From an uncultured Acidobacteriota bacterium (lineage in GTDB: Bacteria > Acidobacteriota > Terriglobia > Acidiferrales > UBA7541): a DNA stretch of 64,000 nt. Positions 17,078-26,718 of the stretch are shown one piece after another. The notes under the pieces were generated by a model. The model was not told where the DNA came from. It saw only the letters and a program-made list of their open reading frames with translations, and made no database searches. Position 1 is the first letter of the stretch, and each line of letters opens with the position of its first letter. Location of the stretch: positions 172,932 to 236,931 of the forward strand of contig CAWCHM010000009.1 of the NCBI GenBank assembly GCA_963795355.1, read 5' to 3'. The position numbers and the translations under genes are program-made.

Positions 17078-18609
17078 GTGGCCGTACCCGGGGACTGGGT
17101 TGGCGACTTGGGAGTTGGATTTTTTGGCGGCGTGGTTGCCGGTGGTGGCGCGGGCGCTGGCTTCGTTGACGGCTGCGACTGGATCGTCGATTTCGGCTGC
17201 GTAGTAGTCGACGGCGGGGTGCGCGGCGCTTGGCTCGACGATGGCGTCTGTGTCGACGGAGTCGGAGCCGTGGTCGGAACCGCAACTGGAGTACTTGGCG
17301 GAGTCGCCGTGATGGGTAACGCGTTGGGCGCTGGCGTCAGTGCCACGTCGTCGATCCACGCAGTGCCGTGGATGCGGCTGCCGAAATCGTCGCTAGGCTT
17401 GCGGCTGATACAAACTCGCACCTGGCGCGAAGCGTCGCCGGTTGCGGTCCAAGGGATGCTGACCTCGGTCCATGGCTGCGTCCCGTGCACATCAGGAGTT
17501 TCAACGCTGGCATTGTGCGCGTTTTCGGTCCACTCGATACGGAATCGCACGCCCTGGTCGGTCGTAAGCGCCTGCGTACGTACCCACGCCGAAAATCGAT
17601 ATGAAGCGCCAGTCTCGACGAATGCGATGTGGCAAATTCCAGAAAAATCGACATTACGGCGTCCGTCAAAAATGAGCCGCAGCGAGCGCTCGCCCGAATG
17701 CTTTTCCTTCGCGTCAAACGACGACTGCACGCCAAGTGAAGCGGGCGCGTAGACCCACGAGAATCCACCCCCGTTGACGCCGGTCTCGAAACCGCCGTCC
17801 CAGAAGACGGACCCGATCGCATCGTTCGGCGGAGGAATCGGATTGGCCAGCGTCACAGCCTGCGTCCAGACGCGGTGTCCATCCTCGATGCGATGTGCCT
17901 GCACGAGCGAATCGGTGAACGGTATGACCTGCGACAACTCGATTCGCGGCGGTTGGAGCGCTCGCAGCTTCTCCCATACCGTCAGCGCCGGATCCATCGC
18001 GGCGTCGGCATCGAGTTCACGAATCGCATCGAGGTAAATCGGCGCTGCGGGCGGCAGTACATTTTCGATGATCGAGTTGATGTCGGGATCGAACCGCCAA
18101 GAGCGCGAGACCGCTTCGGCAGCTCGCTTCGGGTCGACGCTCACGGACTGGCGAATTTCAGCGAACGCAACCGGAATTTCATTCTGCCGCAATAAGAAAT
18201 TTCCGTAGCGCCACGCCACTTCCGCGGAAATCGGGTAAACCCGCTTCGCTTGCTGAAAAGCATCGCGCGCGGCCGCTGTGTTCCCTTCGGATTCGTAAGC
18301 CGCCGCGAGATCGAGCCATGTTGTCGCGGAATGCGGATCGAGCGAAAGCGCATTGCGATACGCGGCGACAGCGAGCGCTGCATCAGGCTCTTCGATGTTG
18401 TATTGCCAATAGCGTCCGAGCAGAAACCACGTCTCGGGATTGCCCGGCTCGAGCTGCACCGCACGTTCTTGTCCTGCACGTGTTTCCATCCCGGCGTAAT
18501 GCGCCGCGAGCGCGTTACGAGTGCTCGAGTAACCGAGAGCGGCGGCGAGGACTGCGGCGACGAAAAAAAGTGTGGCGCGCGCGATCGAGCTGGAGAGGCG
18601 CAGAACCAT
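17074..18609 (-). CDS. Membrane-anchored TPR protein with a CBM4/9-like domain and a Pro/Thr/Ser-rich C-terminal tail
   Basis: N-terminal TM segment and TPR-like helices (WFLLGRYWQY, WLDLAAAYE). DGGFE...YRFSAWVRT...WIDDVAL resembles a jelly-roll carbohydrate-binding module. The tail is about 85 aa and rich in P/T/S/Q. Confidence 0.7.
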   Translation of the reverse strand: MVLRLSSSIARATLFFVAAVLAAALGYSSTRNALAAHYAGMETRAGQERAVQLEPGNPETWFLLGRYWQYNIEEPDAALAVAAYRNALSLDPHSATTWLDLAAAYESEGNTAAARDAFQQAKRVYPISAEVAWRYGNFLLRQNEIPVAFAEIRQSVSVDPKRAAEAVSRSWRFDPDINSIIENVLPPAAPIYLDAIRELDADAAMDPALTVWEKLRALQPPRIELSQVIPFTDSLVQAHRIEDGHRVWTQAVTLANPIPPPNDAIGSVFWDGGFETGVNGGGFSWVYAPASLGVQSSFDAKEKHSGERSLRLIFDGRRNVDFSGICHIAFVETGASYRFSAWVRTQALTTDQGVRFRIEWTENAHNASVETPDVHGTQPWTEVSIPWTATGDASRQVRVCISRKPSDDFGSRIHGTAWIDDVALTPAPNALPITATPPSTPVAVPTTAPTPSTQTPSSSQAPRTPPSTTTQPKSTIQSQPSTKPAPAPPPATTPPKNPTPKSPTQSPGTAT

Positions 18610-18690
18610 TCCACGGTACTCTGCCTAAGTGTGGCGCGCGGATGCAAGCCGAAATTTACGAAATAGAAATTAAAGGTGAGGGGGTCAGGA

Positions 18691-18706
18691 TGCAGTTAAC
18701 CTGCCC
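18691..18706 (-). promoter_or_regulatory. Possible sigma54 -24/-12 promoter upstream of the TPR-CBM/ligase/wza/wzc genes
   Basis: Minus-strand GGGCAGGTTAACTGCA, with GG-N10-GC spacing. Confidence 0.35.
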
Positions 18707-18723
18707 AGCGTTAAAATCGCCAA

Positions 18724-20196
18724 TTACCCACCGTTTGAGGCACTGAACGAATCATCGCCGCGCCCGCGACGCCGCACATCGATGCCCAACCGTTTGATCT
18801 TCTGATTCAGAGTCGATAGCGGAATCATGAACCGCTCGGCAGCTTCCGTCTGGTTCCAGCCGGTACGCTCGAGCATGTCCACAATGATGCGCCGCTCGAT
18901 CTCGTCCATGATCTGAAAGAGCGAAGGTTGCGGGCGGTCGGCAGCGGTACGCGAACCCGGCTCACCCGACATCGGCGGCAAAAACTCCGAAAGTTGCAGC
19001 CGCACGCCGCGCACGATTTCCTTGCTGCGAATGCTGTCGGGCAACAGATCGACGTCAACGCGCTCCGTCGTCGACAACACCACCGCTCGCTCGACCACGT
19101 TCTCGAGTTCGCGCACATTGCCGGGCCAGTCGTAGTCCATCAAAAGTTTCAGAGCGGCCGGCGTGAACTGCCGCATCGTCTTGTTGTTTTCCTTGCAGTA
19201 GCGGTCAAGGAAATGCGCCAGCAACGAGGGCACATCTTCGCGCCGATCGCGAAGCGGCGGCAGCTTCAGATGAATGACGTTGAGACGGTGAAACAAATCC
19301 TCGCGGAAGCGCCCCTCGCGCACGAGGGTGATCAATTCAATGTTGGAAGCCGCGACGATGCGAACATCGACTTTAATCGTCTCGGTGCCGCCGAGCCGCA
19401 TGAACTCGCGTTCCTGAATGACGCGCAGCAGCTTCGCCTGCGTCTCGTGGCTGATGGTGGCGATTTCGTCGAAGAAAATCGTTCCTTGATCTGCGACCTC
19501 GAAAAGCCCCTTTTTCGACGCGATCGCGCTGGTGAACGCACCTTTTACGTGGCCAAAAAGCTGCGACTCCAACAGATCGACCGGAATCGACCCGGTATTC
19601 ACAGGAACAAACGCCTTGTCGGCGCGCGTCGAAGCCGAATGAATCGCCTTGGCGATGAGCTCTTTACCGGTTCCGCTTTCCCCGCTGATCAAAATCGTGG
19701 AGCGCGACGGTGCGACCTGTGCAACAAGATCGAACAGCGCCAGCATCTTGTCGCTCTTGCCGATGATGTTGGGAAAATTGAAGCGCTGCTTCAGCGCGCG
19801 CTTGAGCTGCACGTTTTCATCGCGCAGTCGCCGCGATTCGACGGCCTGGGCGACCTGCGCGAGCAATTCATCGTTCGACCACGGCTTCGTGATGTAGTCC
19901 ATCGCACCGCTCTTGAACGCGGCGCGCGCCATGTCGATCGATCCGTAAGCGGTGATGAGAACGACGGAAAGCTGCGGATCGCGGAGGCGAATTTCTCGCA
20001 ACAAATCGAGCCCGTTGCGATCGGGCAGACTGACATCGAGCAACAGCAAGTCGAAAGGATGCTCTTCCAGCTTGGCGAGGCCGCCGGCGCCAGTATCGGC
20101 GCTGGAGACGCCGTAACCTTCGCTGGTCAACAGCATTTCAAGGCCTTCGCGGATTTCAGATTCGTCATCGACTACAAGAATGGAGCCCTTAGGCAT
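18724..20196 (-). CDS. NtrC-family sigma54-dependent response regulator (receiver-AAA+-HTH)
   Basis: VVDDE, LLLDVSLP, GESGTGKE, GAFTSA, FFDEI, FREDLFHRL and a C-terminal Fis-type HTH. Confidence 0.95.
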   Translation of the reverse strand: MPKGSILVVDDESEIREGLEMLLTSEGYGVSSADTGAGGLAKLEEHPFDLLLLDVSLPDRNGLDLLREIRLRDPQLSVVLITAYGSIDMARAAFKSGAMDYITKPWSNDELLAQVAQAVESRRLRDENVQLKRALKQRFNFPNIIGKSDKMLALFDLVAQVAPSRSTILISGESGTGKELIAKAIHSASTRADKAFVPVNTGSIPVDLLESQLFGHVKGAFTSAIASKKGLFEVADQGTIFFDEIATISHETQAKLLRVIQEREFMRLGGTETIKVDVRIVAASNIELITLVREGRFREDLFHRLNVIHLKLPPLRDRREDVPSLLAHFLDRYCKENNKTMRQFTPAALKLLMDYDWPGNVRELENVVERAVVLSTTERVDVDLLPDSIRSKEIVRGVRLQLSEFLPPMSGEPGSRTAADRPQPSLFQIMDEIERRIIVDMLERTGWNQTEAAERFMIPLSTLNQKIKRLGIDVRRRGRGDDSFSASNGG

Positions 20197-23008
20197 GTAC
20201 CGCTTTCCTTACCGCGGGGAATTCGACGTGGAAAGACGTGCCCTTGCCGGGAGTGGACCGAACATCAATTTTTCCAGCGTGCTCTTTGATGATTCCGTAG
20301 CTGACCGATAGGCCGAGACCGGTGCCGCGACCGCTCGCCTTGGTGGTGAAAAATGGATCGAAGATGCGATGAATATGATCGCGCGGGATCCCTGCGCCGG
20401 TGTCGACGACTTCAATTTCCACGCTGCCGTTATGCGAGGCGGTGCGAACTTCGAGCATGCCGCCACTGGGCATCGCGTCGCGCGCATTCAGAAACAGATT
20501 CAGGAAAACCTGCTGCAGCTTGTTCGCAGAGCCGCGAACCGCCGGAAGCGTCGAGCCGAGCTGTTTGACGACCTGAATCTGCGAAGTCTTCAGGGGATGC
20601 GCCACGAGTGACAAGGTTTCTTCCACCACTCGATTGACGTCCAGATCGGCCAGTTCGGTTGCGCTGGTCCGCGAGAAATTCAGAAGATTATTGACGATTT
20701 CGCTGGCGCGGAATGTCTGCTTGACGATCTTTTCGATGATGCCCTGCCGCGGATCACCTTCGGGCATCTGCTTCGCCAGCATCTGAATGTAATTCGAGAT
20801 CACAGCCAACGGCGTGTTCACTTCGTGCGCGACGCCTGCGGCAAGCAAACCCAGCGAAGTGAGCTTCTCGGTCTGCGACATCTGCTCTTCCATACGCTCG
20901 CGCTGCGTCACGTCGTCGAAGAGCAGCAGTCGGCCGATGCGTTCGCCCGACTTGCTCACCAGCGGAGTGATCGAAACGTTGATCGTTAAAACTTTGCCCT
21001 GATGATGCAGCCTCTGTTTATGGATGCCGGTAATTTGTTCTTCGTCACCGCGCGCGGCGATCTCGAGCGCAAGTTCTTCCGGCAAAAGCGCGCGCAGTTG
21101 ATGGCCGACCGCTTCGTGGCGTGGAACGTTGAAAAGCTGCTCCATCCGCGTATTCCAGGATTCGACGATCCCGCCAAGATCGACCGCAAGAACGCCCACA
21201 TTCAACGACTCGACGATGTTTTCGCTGAAGTCCTTGAGCCGCGCGATCTCGAGCGCCTTTTGCTCCAGCGAGTTGTAAAGCTGCGCGTTGTCGAGCGCGA
21301 CCGCAACGTAGCCCGCGATCGTCTGCACCAGCTCGACGTCATCGCTCGAAAGAAAATCGCCATCGACCGTCTTGCCGAGTCCGAGCACCGCAACGGTGCG
21401 CTCGCGAATCCGGCACGGCACAAAGTAATTCAAATCGAGCTGCTCGAGCGTCTGGCGAACCGAGTCGCTGACGTCTCTCGCCGCGCGGGGCGACTCAAAA
21501 AAGAGCGCCCCACGGGCGAACTCGGGCCGGGCCGGCTCGAGGAAGCTAAGGTCCATGGGTTCCGACAGCCGCACTCCCATCGAGCGCGCCAGGCGTAATT
21601 GCCCGGGCTGTAGCGGATCTTCCATGAAGATCGCCAGCCGATCGACAAGCAGCGTCTGCGAAATGCGATCCATCACCGAGCCAAGCATCGGGTCGAAGCG
21701 AACCTCATTGGTCAAGGTTCGGCCGAATTCGATCAGCGTCCGCCGATAATCCAGCCGATCGCGGTAAAAGAATCGATCGAGTCGCGCCTGAATCCATTCG
21801 CGAAACGGTTGGAACAAAAACGCCGCGATAACGATGGCGATCATGCCGCCAACAGGCCCGGTTGTTTGCGCGTGCGAAATCTCAGCAATCAGCGCAATCA
21901 ATGCGAAGTAAATCGAAGCAATCGCCGCGGTCGCTGCCGTGTAGGCCAAACCGCGCTTGAAGATGATGTCCACGTCCATCAACCGGTAGCGGATGATGGC
22001 GTACCCAAAGCACAGCGGGATGAGCACCAGGCTCAGCGCGGAAAATTTCGTCCAGACGGGCGGCACGGCGTCGAGCACGAACGGAATCACATACATCAAG
22101 CCGAACGGAAGCGTGCCCGCCAGCGTTCCGAACGTCAGCCACTTCAATTGCTGCCGCAGAACGCCCGACGGCGCCTCGCGGAAGCTCTTGTAGAAAACGA
22201 TCGCCGCGGCGAGGAAGTAAATCGCGAGGTAGCTGTACTCGATCTTGTCCAGTAGGATCCGCGAACCGAGCCACGGCACGAATCCCAGCGCATTGAACGC
22301 GACACCCACGTGGAACAGAATCAGAAACGATGGCGGTCCGTAAACCAGCGCCAGCTTTGAGAACGATTTCGCCGTACCCTCGGCACGCTCCGGAAAGACC
22401 AGCGCGAAGTGAAATAGCAGCGCCGGCGCCAGCATCAGCGAAGCGATCTTCGCCCAGTAAATCTCATAGTCAAACGCGTCGAGCTTGCCGCTGTAGTGAA
22501 AAGAGAACAGCACGAACGAAACGAGGCAGAAAACGTAGAAGTGAATCGCGCGCGGCGCATTCCATCGGCGAATAAAAATAAATAGCCCGATGAACAGGTA
22601 TAGCAGCCCTACAACGCGCTCGTAATTCTCGATCGATGCAGGTTTTTCAGCGGGAACCGTGATCAGCGGGGTCTCAAACTCGCGGCCATTGCGGGTCAGC
22701 TTATAGCGAACTTGCGACCAGAGGCCCGCGCGCCACAGCCGCTTCGTGACCTGCACTTGGTTGTGCACCGGCACGTCGTTGATCGCGACCAAAATGTCTT
22801 CGGCGCGAATCCCGGCCCGCGCGGCTGGTGAATTCGGCGTTACCTTCCAGGCCTGAGCACCCGTAGTGGTGTCGAGCCAGGCCACGCCGTCATCCGGGAT
22901 CTCGTAAATCTCCCGTTGGCGGAAGCTGATCCAGGCGTAAATCACCGCAGTCAAGGTGGCCAATGCCAGGACCACCGCGCCTAGACTAACTCTGAGGTTC
23001 TGTTTCAT
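20189..23008 (-). CDS. Sensor histidine kinase with PDZ, multi-TM, GAF, PAS, HisKA and HATPase domains
   Basis: PDZ-like VTPNSPAARAGIRAEDILVAIND, about 9 hydrophobic segments, GAF ending ALDNAQLY, PAS IVESLNVGV...WN, H-box AHEVNTPL, and N/G boxes. Confidence 0.92.
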   Translation of the reverse strand: MKQNLRVSLGAVVLALATLTAVIYAWISFRQREIYEIPDDGVAWLDTTTGAQAWKVTPNSPAARAGIRAEDILVAINDVPVHNQVQVTKRLWRAGLWSQVRYKLTRNGREFETPLITVPAEKPASIENYERVVGLLYLFIGLFIFIRRWNAPRAIHFYVFCLVSFVLFSFHYSGKLDAFDYEIYWAKIASLMLAPALLFHFALVFPERAEGTAKSFSKLALVYGPPSFLILFHVGVAFNALGFVPWLGSRILLDKIEYSYLAIYFLAAAIVFYKSFREAPSGVLRQQLKWLTFGTLAGTLPFGLMYVIPFVLDAVPPVWTKFSALSLVLIPLCFGYAIIRYRLMDVDIIFKRGLAYTAATAAIASIYFALIALIAEISHAQTTGPVGGMIAIVIAAFLFQPFREWIQARLDRFFYRDRLDYRRTLIEFGRTLTNEVRFDPMLGSVMDRISQTLLVDRLAIFMEDPLQPGQLRLARSMGVRLSEPMDLSFLEPARPEFARGALFFESPRAARDVSDSVRQTLEQLDLNYFVPCRIRERTVAVLGLGKTVDGDFLSSDDVELVQTIAGYVAVALDNAQLYNSLEQKALEIARLKDFSENIVESLNVGVLAVDLGGIVESWNTRMEQLFNVPRHEAVGHQLRALLPEELALEIAARGDEEQITGIHKQRLHHQGKVLTINVSITPLVSKSGERIGRLLLFDDVTQRERMEEQMSQTEKLTSLGLLAAGVAHEVNTPLAVISNYIQMLAKQMPEGDPRQGIIEKIVKQTFRASEIVNNLLNFSRTSATELADLDVNRVVEETLSLVAHPLKTSQIQVVKQLGSTLPAVRGSANKLQQVFLNLFLNARDAMPSGGMLEVRTASHNGSVEIEVVDTGAGIPRDHIHRIFDPFFTTKASGRGTGLGLSVSYGIIKEHAGKIDVRSTPGKGTSFHVEFPAVRKAVHA

Positions 23009-23060
23009 CTAAACCGAACCGGCTCAATCGACTGGGCACACACACGTACCAAAGAATCGG

Positions 23061-23179
23061 TGCAAACCAGCTTCCAATGTTCTGTAGGACGGCTTGAAAA
23101 TAAACGCCTTAGGATCAATGACTTGATAAGCTGCCGACCCCGTCCATCCGAGGACATACACTTTATGGTAGGGGCCATA
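23061..23179 (-). promoter_or_regulatory. Candidate sigma54 promoter with an IHF-like site and an upstream palindrome
   Basis: Minus-strand TGGAAGCTGGTTTGCA (23076-23061, GG-N10-GC); ATCAA-TGAC-TTG at 23114-23125; TATGG-N6-CCATA at 23164-23179. Confidence 0.55.
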
Positions 23180-23205
23180 CAGCTTTTAAAACGATTGAAC
23201 CGTAA

Positions 23206-24960
23206 CTAAAACTGGACGCTCAACCCGCCTCGAAACGTCCGAAACGCCGGAACCAGCGTCGTTCGTCCGTCCGCCGAGTTCAGGGTAACGTACCCTTGCG
23301 CCAAAATATTGTCGCAATCCGCGATCGCCTGCCACCGGCCCAAGCCAAATCGCGGCAGGGTCTGGCGAATCCCGAGGTGAAGATATGGGTCCATCTGATA
23401 CTGCGCGGCGCCGTAGCTATCCACGCGGGAGATCGCATTCCCACTTACCCAGTTGTACCCTGCGACGACTTTAGTTCCCGAGCGCGGGAGCTTTGCCGTA
23501 ACCGAACCGCCCGCCGAGCTATGCATGGCGGTCTTCAACATCTCGCGCAAGGCGCCTACGGCTGCGTCGTCCGGGCTAAGCGCGCCGGCATAGGAATACA
23601 CCGCCGTAACCTCAATATTGTCGGACAGCTGTTCGCGGACGGCGACACGCGTCCCCCAGCTGTTCATCGAACCGCCGTCATAGGCGAACGCGTTCGAGAA
23701 GTAATCCTGCAGGTAATCGGAAGCCGGAAGGTCGCCACCGCGTCCATAAAGGGCGGTGTTGCGGTCGTCGTCGTGGAAAGCCGCGACTTGGACGTCGCTG
23801 TGCGGACCAAGCTTGCGTGTAGCTGAGATTTCTTCGTGCCAGCCACCTTCCAGCACGGGGCTGCCACCGCGCCAAAGCAGAGTTGGGAAGGAATCGAGCT
23901 CGCTGACCGCAGCGGCCAGATCGGCGCTTGCGTCGCGATCTTCGGGATCGAGCGGCGCCATCCCGCCAGGCTCCTCGGCAAAAATCACTGCGGCGCGCCA
24001 GGCATCCGAAATCTTGGCATCGAGTTCAAGGCGTGGGCGCAGCGACATTGCAGACTTGTCCAGCCCGACCATCACGTACTCGCCGCTATACAACATCTTC
24101 AGACGCTCGCCCAGACCGACCGAGCCGGCCTGCTGCATGCGCACACCACGGAACGTTTGTCCGTCAGGGCCAAGCTTCGCTTCGCGCAAAACCAACGTCG
24201 ATTGCGGACCCGACATCGAGCCCGTCGGCAACCAGATCGTCGCGATGCCGCCGCCGGGCGCATCGTCCATGTAATTCATTTGCCCCGCCATCAGGAGGCG
24301 AGCGGTGTGGCCAAGGCGCTGATCGTAAGCGAAAGCAGTCGCGGGCGCGGACGGAACACCGGAGGGCGAACCGGGACGCCGGGCGCCGTCGGTGAAATCG
24401 AGGCGCGCTTTCGGATGCGCCATGTGCGTGTCGATGACGCGGGTGTTCGACACAACATCAGCATTCGCTTCGTCCTCATCCACCCACTGCAATACCGGGC
24501 GAGTCGCGGACGCCGAACGCAGCACCCATTTCCAATCGTCGGATTCGATCGTTGTCGCCGAGGGAGTACGCCGCAGCGCATCGAGCGAAGCGAACATCGA
24601 TTCGAGCTGTACGCGCACCACCGTCGTTACATGCGGATTGATGCGAACGTGCTGCTCGATCGTCGGCAAAAATCCCGCGAGCGTGACGCGCACGGTGTAC
24701 ATGCCCGGGAGAACTTTGTCGCTGCGGAAAACGCCTTGCGTGTTGGTAAGGAAATCGACGGCGCCAATCGTGCCGGCCGTTTCCGAAATGAGCTGCACTG
24801 TCGCGCCCATCTGCGGAATGCCGCTCGTGTCATTGACTACGCCGGCTACTTTACCGGGAGATGCTTTGAATTGCTGTGCAGGGGTAACCGAAGCGCAGAT
24901 CGACAGACACGTCCCGGCAAGGAAAAATGCGCCGAGAATTCGGAGTCGTGTCTGCTTCAC
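23206..24960 (-). CDS. Exported protein with a carboxypeptidase-regulatory-like domain and a probable outer-membrane beta-barrel
   Basis: Signal peptide, GKVAGVVNDTSGIPQMGATV...PGMYTVRV, alternating beta-strand pattern and C-terminal GLSVQF. Confidence 0.7.
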   Translation of the reverse strand: MKQTRLRILGAFFLAGTCLSICASVTPAQQFKASPGKVAGVVNDTSGIPQMGATVQLISETAGTIGAVDFLTNTQGVFRSDKVLPGMYTVRVTLAGFLPTIEQHVRINPHVTTVVRVQLESMFASLDALRRTPSATTIESDDWKWVLRSASATRPVLQWVDEDEANADVVSNTRVIDTHMAHPKARLDFTDGARRPGSPSGVPSAPATAFAYDQRLGHTARLLMAGQMNYMDDAPGGGIATIWLPTGSMSGPQSTLVLREAKLGPDGQTFRGVRMQQAGSVGLGERLKMLYSGEYVMVGLDKSAMSLRPRLELDAKISDAWRAAVIFAEEPGGMAPLDPEDRDASADLAAAVSELDSFPTLLWRGGSPVLEGGWHEEISATRKLGPHSDVQVAAFHDDDRNTALYGRGGDLPASDYLQDYFSNAFAYDGGSMNSWGTRVAVREQLSDNIEVTAVYSYAGALSPDDAAVGALREMLKTAMHSSAGGSVTAKLPRSGTKVVAGYNWVSGNAISRVDSYGAAQYQMDPYLHLGIRQTLPRFGLGRWQAIADCDNILAQGYVTLNSADGRTTLVPAFRTFRGGLSVQF

Positions 24961-24966
24961 TTCGCT

Positions 24967-26718
24967 TTATCTCCCCGGAGCTGCTTTGGCGGTATTGGCG
25001 GCCGTCTTCGTTTCGGCTGGCGGCTTGATTGAGAAATCCGCGGTCTTGGAAATCGTCTTCTGCGTGTTTGCGTCGGTCGCCACGATTTCGAGCGAATACT
25101 TGCCCGGCGTGAGTGTCGCGAGCGGCAGCAGGCGTTCGATCGTGACCTGCTCGCCGGTCTGCTTCATCTCTTCCGACGTTTCCTTGAACTGCATGATCTG
25201 CTGGTCGCCCTTCTTCACCGTGTAGAGGAAGGTGGCGGCGGACTTGTGCGTCTTGTCGTCCTGCTTCAGGTTGTAAACCTGCATATAAATGCCGAGTTTT
25301 TCGTTGTTCATGAACGCGCCGTCGAGCCGTGGCACAACTTTGGTCGAGCCCAGCACGAACTGGCCGGTGCCGATCTGCTTCGATGGAACGTGCTCGAGCT
25401 TGCCGCCGTCCGCAACGATCAGCGAACTGGCTTCGAGCTTGTCGTCCTCAAAGCGCGGGACCTGCAGACGCGTGTTCACGACGCCGACGTTGCCGCTTTT
25501 CACGTCCTTGATGACGATGTCGAGCCGATAGAGGCCTGGACGCAGCGGAACGGCCTTCTGATAAATCGACTGGAGCTTCAGCGATTGCTGATAGAGGCTC
25601 TCCGGGAAGTCGCGGCTGACTGGATCTTCAAACGTCTGCACGACGCGGCCGGTCAGCGAGCTGACGCGACCAAAAACGTTGAGCGTCGCGGAATAGACGC
25701 CATCCTTGGAGTTGAACGAAAGCTGATTGTTCGGAACCTGAACCGTAATCGGAACCAACACGGTGTCGTTGGTCACCTTGACGTAGTCCGTGCCCCAGTT
25801 GAATTTCATCTGGTCGCGCACGATACGCGCGGTGACGATCGCCTCGAGGTCCTTATACTTCACTTCGGGCGGTTTGAATGCCTTGGAATACTGCTCGAGG
25901 CGGTTGAATTCGTCCATGCTCGACGGTGTTCCGCCAAGCGCGGTCGGCGTCGTCATGCCGTCGGCGCGCGTGAAGCGATCCGTCTTCGACGCCATGCCCA
26001 TTTCTTCCAGCAAGCTCAAGCCGGCGCCGGGAACGTGCAGCAACGCGTCCTTTTCGCCCGGGTCCATCGTCAGGTGATATTCACCCGAGCTCGATGGATC
26101 GACGAATTCCCAAATTACGTTTTCGCCGATGCCTTCCATGTAGCGATAACGCCAGGTTTCCCAGGGATACGTCGTGGTCGAACCGCCGCCTTCATCCATC
26201 GGACGGTCGTAAGTGCCGCCCGTCGGATGCGCTTCGATTTCGTCCGGCGCTCCCCACATGATGTACATGCGGCCGCGATCCGTTTTCCATCCCGGAATAC
26301 CCGAAGCGAAATGCTCGTTGGCATATGCGATGCGGCGATAGTGCTCTTCTTTGAAGTCGTTATCGGGCAAATCCGGATTCGCGCTGCGGCGCAGCCAGAA
26401 TTGCTCGATGAATTGTTCGCGCTCTTCGTTGGTCGCGAGTTGCAGGAAGGCTTGGCGCTCTTCCGGCGAAATAATGTAGATAACGTCTTCGTTCAGCCAC
26501 TGCTTGTAAGGAGTGTCGAGTTCCTTCAGCGTCTTCTTTAATTTTCTTTTTTGTTCTTTATCGAGCTTTTGCAGAGGGGGCGGAGCGGCGGTGGGATCGA
26601 CCGGCGCTTGCGCTTGAGGTTTGGACTCCCCTTGCGCTTGCATTGGCGGAGGTACACAAATGGAGAGAGAGAAAAGGACAGCAGACAGGGTACGGACTAC
26701 CCGAGACATGATTACCAC
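24967..26718 (-). CDS. GWxTD domain-containing exported protein
   Basis: YKQWLNEDVIYII...FIEQFWLRR...EEHYRRIAYANEHF...GWKTDRGRMYIMWG, plus a signal peptide and beta-rich C-terminal domains. Confidence 0.92.
   Translation of the reverse strand: MVIMSRVVRTLSAVLFSLSICVPPPMQAQGESKPQAQAPVDPTAAPPPLQKLDKEQKRKLKKTLKELDTPYKQWLNEDVIYIISPEERQAFLQLATNEEREQFIEQFWLRRSANPDLPDNDFKEEHYRRIAYANEHFASGIPGWKTDRGRMYIMWGAPDEIEAHPTGGTYDRPMDEGGGSTTTYPWETWRYRYMEGIGENVIWEFVDPSSSGEYHLTMDPGEKDALLHVPGAGLSLLEEMGMASKTDRFTRADGMTTPTALGGTPSSMDEFNRLEQYSKAFKPPEVKYKDLEAIVTARIVRDQMKFNWGTDYVKVTNDTVLVPITVQVPNNQLSFNSKDGVYSATLNVFGRVSSLTGRVVQTFEDPVSRDFPESLYQQSLKLQSIYQKAVPLRPGLYRLDIVIKDVKSGNVGVVNTRLQVPRFEDDKLEASSLIVADGGKLEHVPSKQIGTGQFVLGSTKVVPRLDGAFMNNEKLGIYMQVYNLKQDDKTHKSAATFLYTVKKGDQQIMQFKETSEEMKQTGEQVTIERLLPLATLTPGKYSLEIVATDANTQKTISKTADFSIKPPAETKTAANTAKAAPGR

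Noticed and set aside
17078-17359. N-terminal extension of the ligase ORF
   Set aside because: It overlaps the P/T-rich tail of the upstream gene; the ATGA junction at 17074-17077 gives a better start.
18632-18646. Plus-strand TGGCGCGCGGATGCA
   Set aside because: Spacing is 9 and there is no plus-strand gene downstream.
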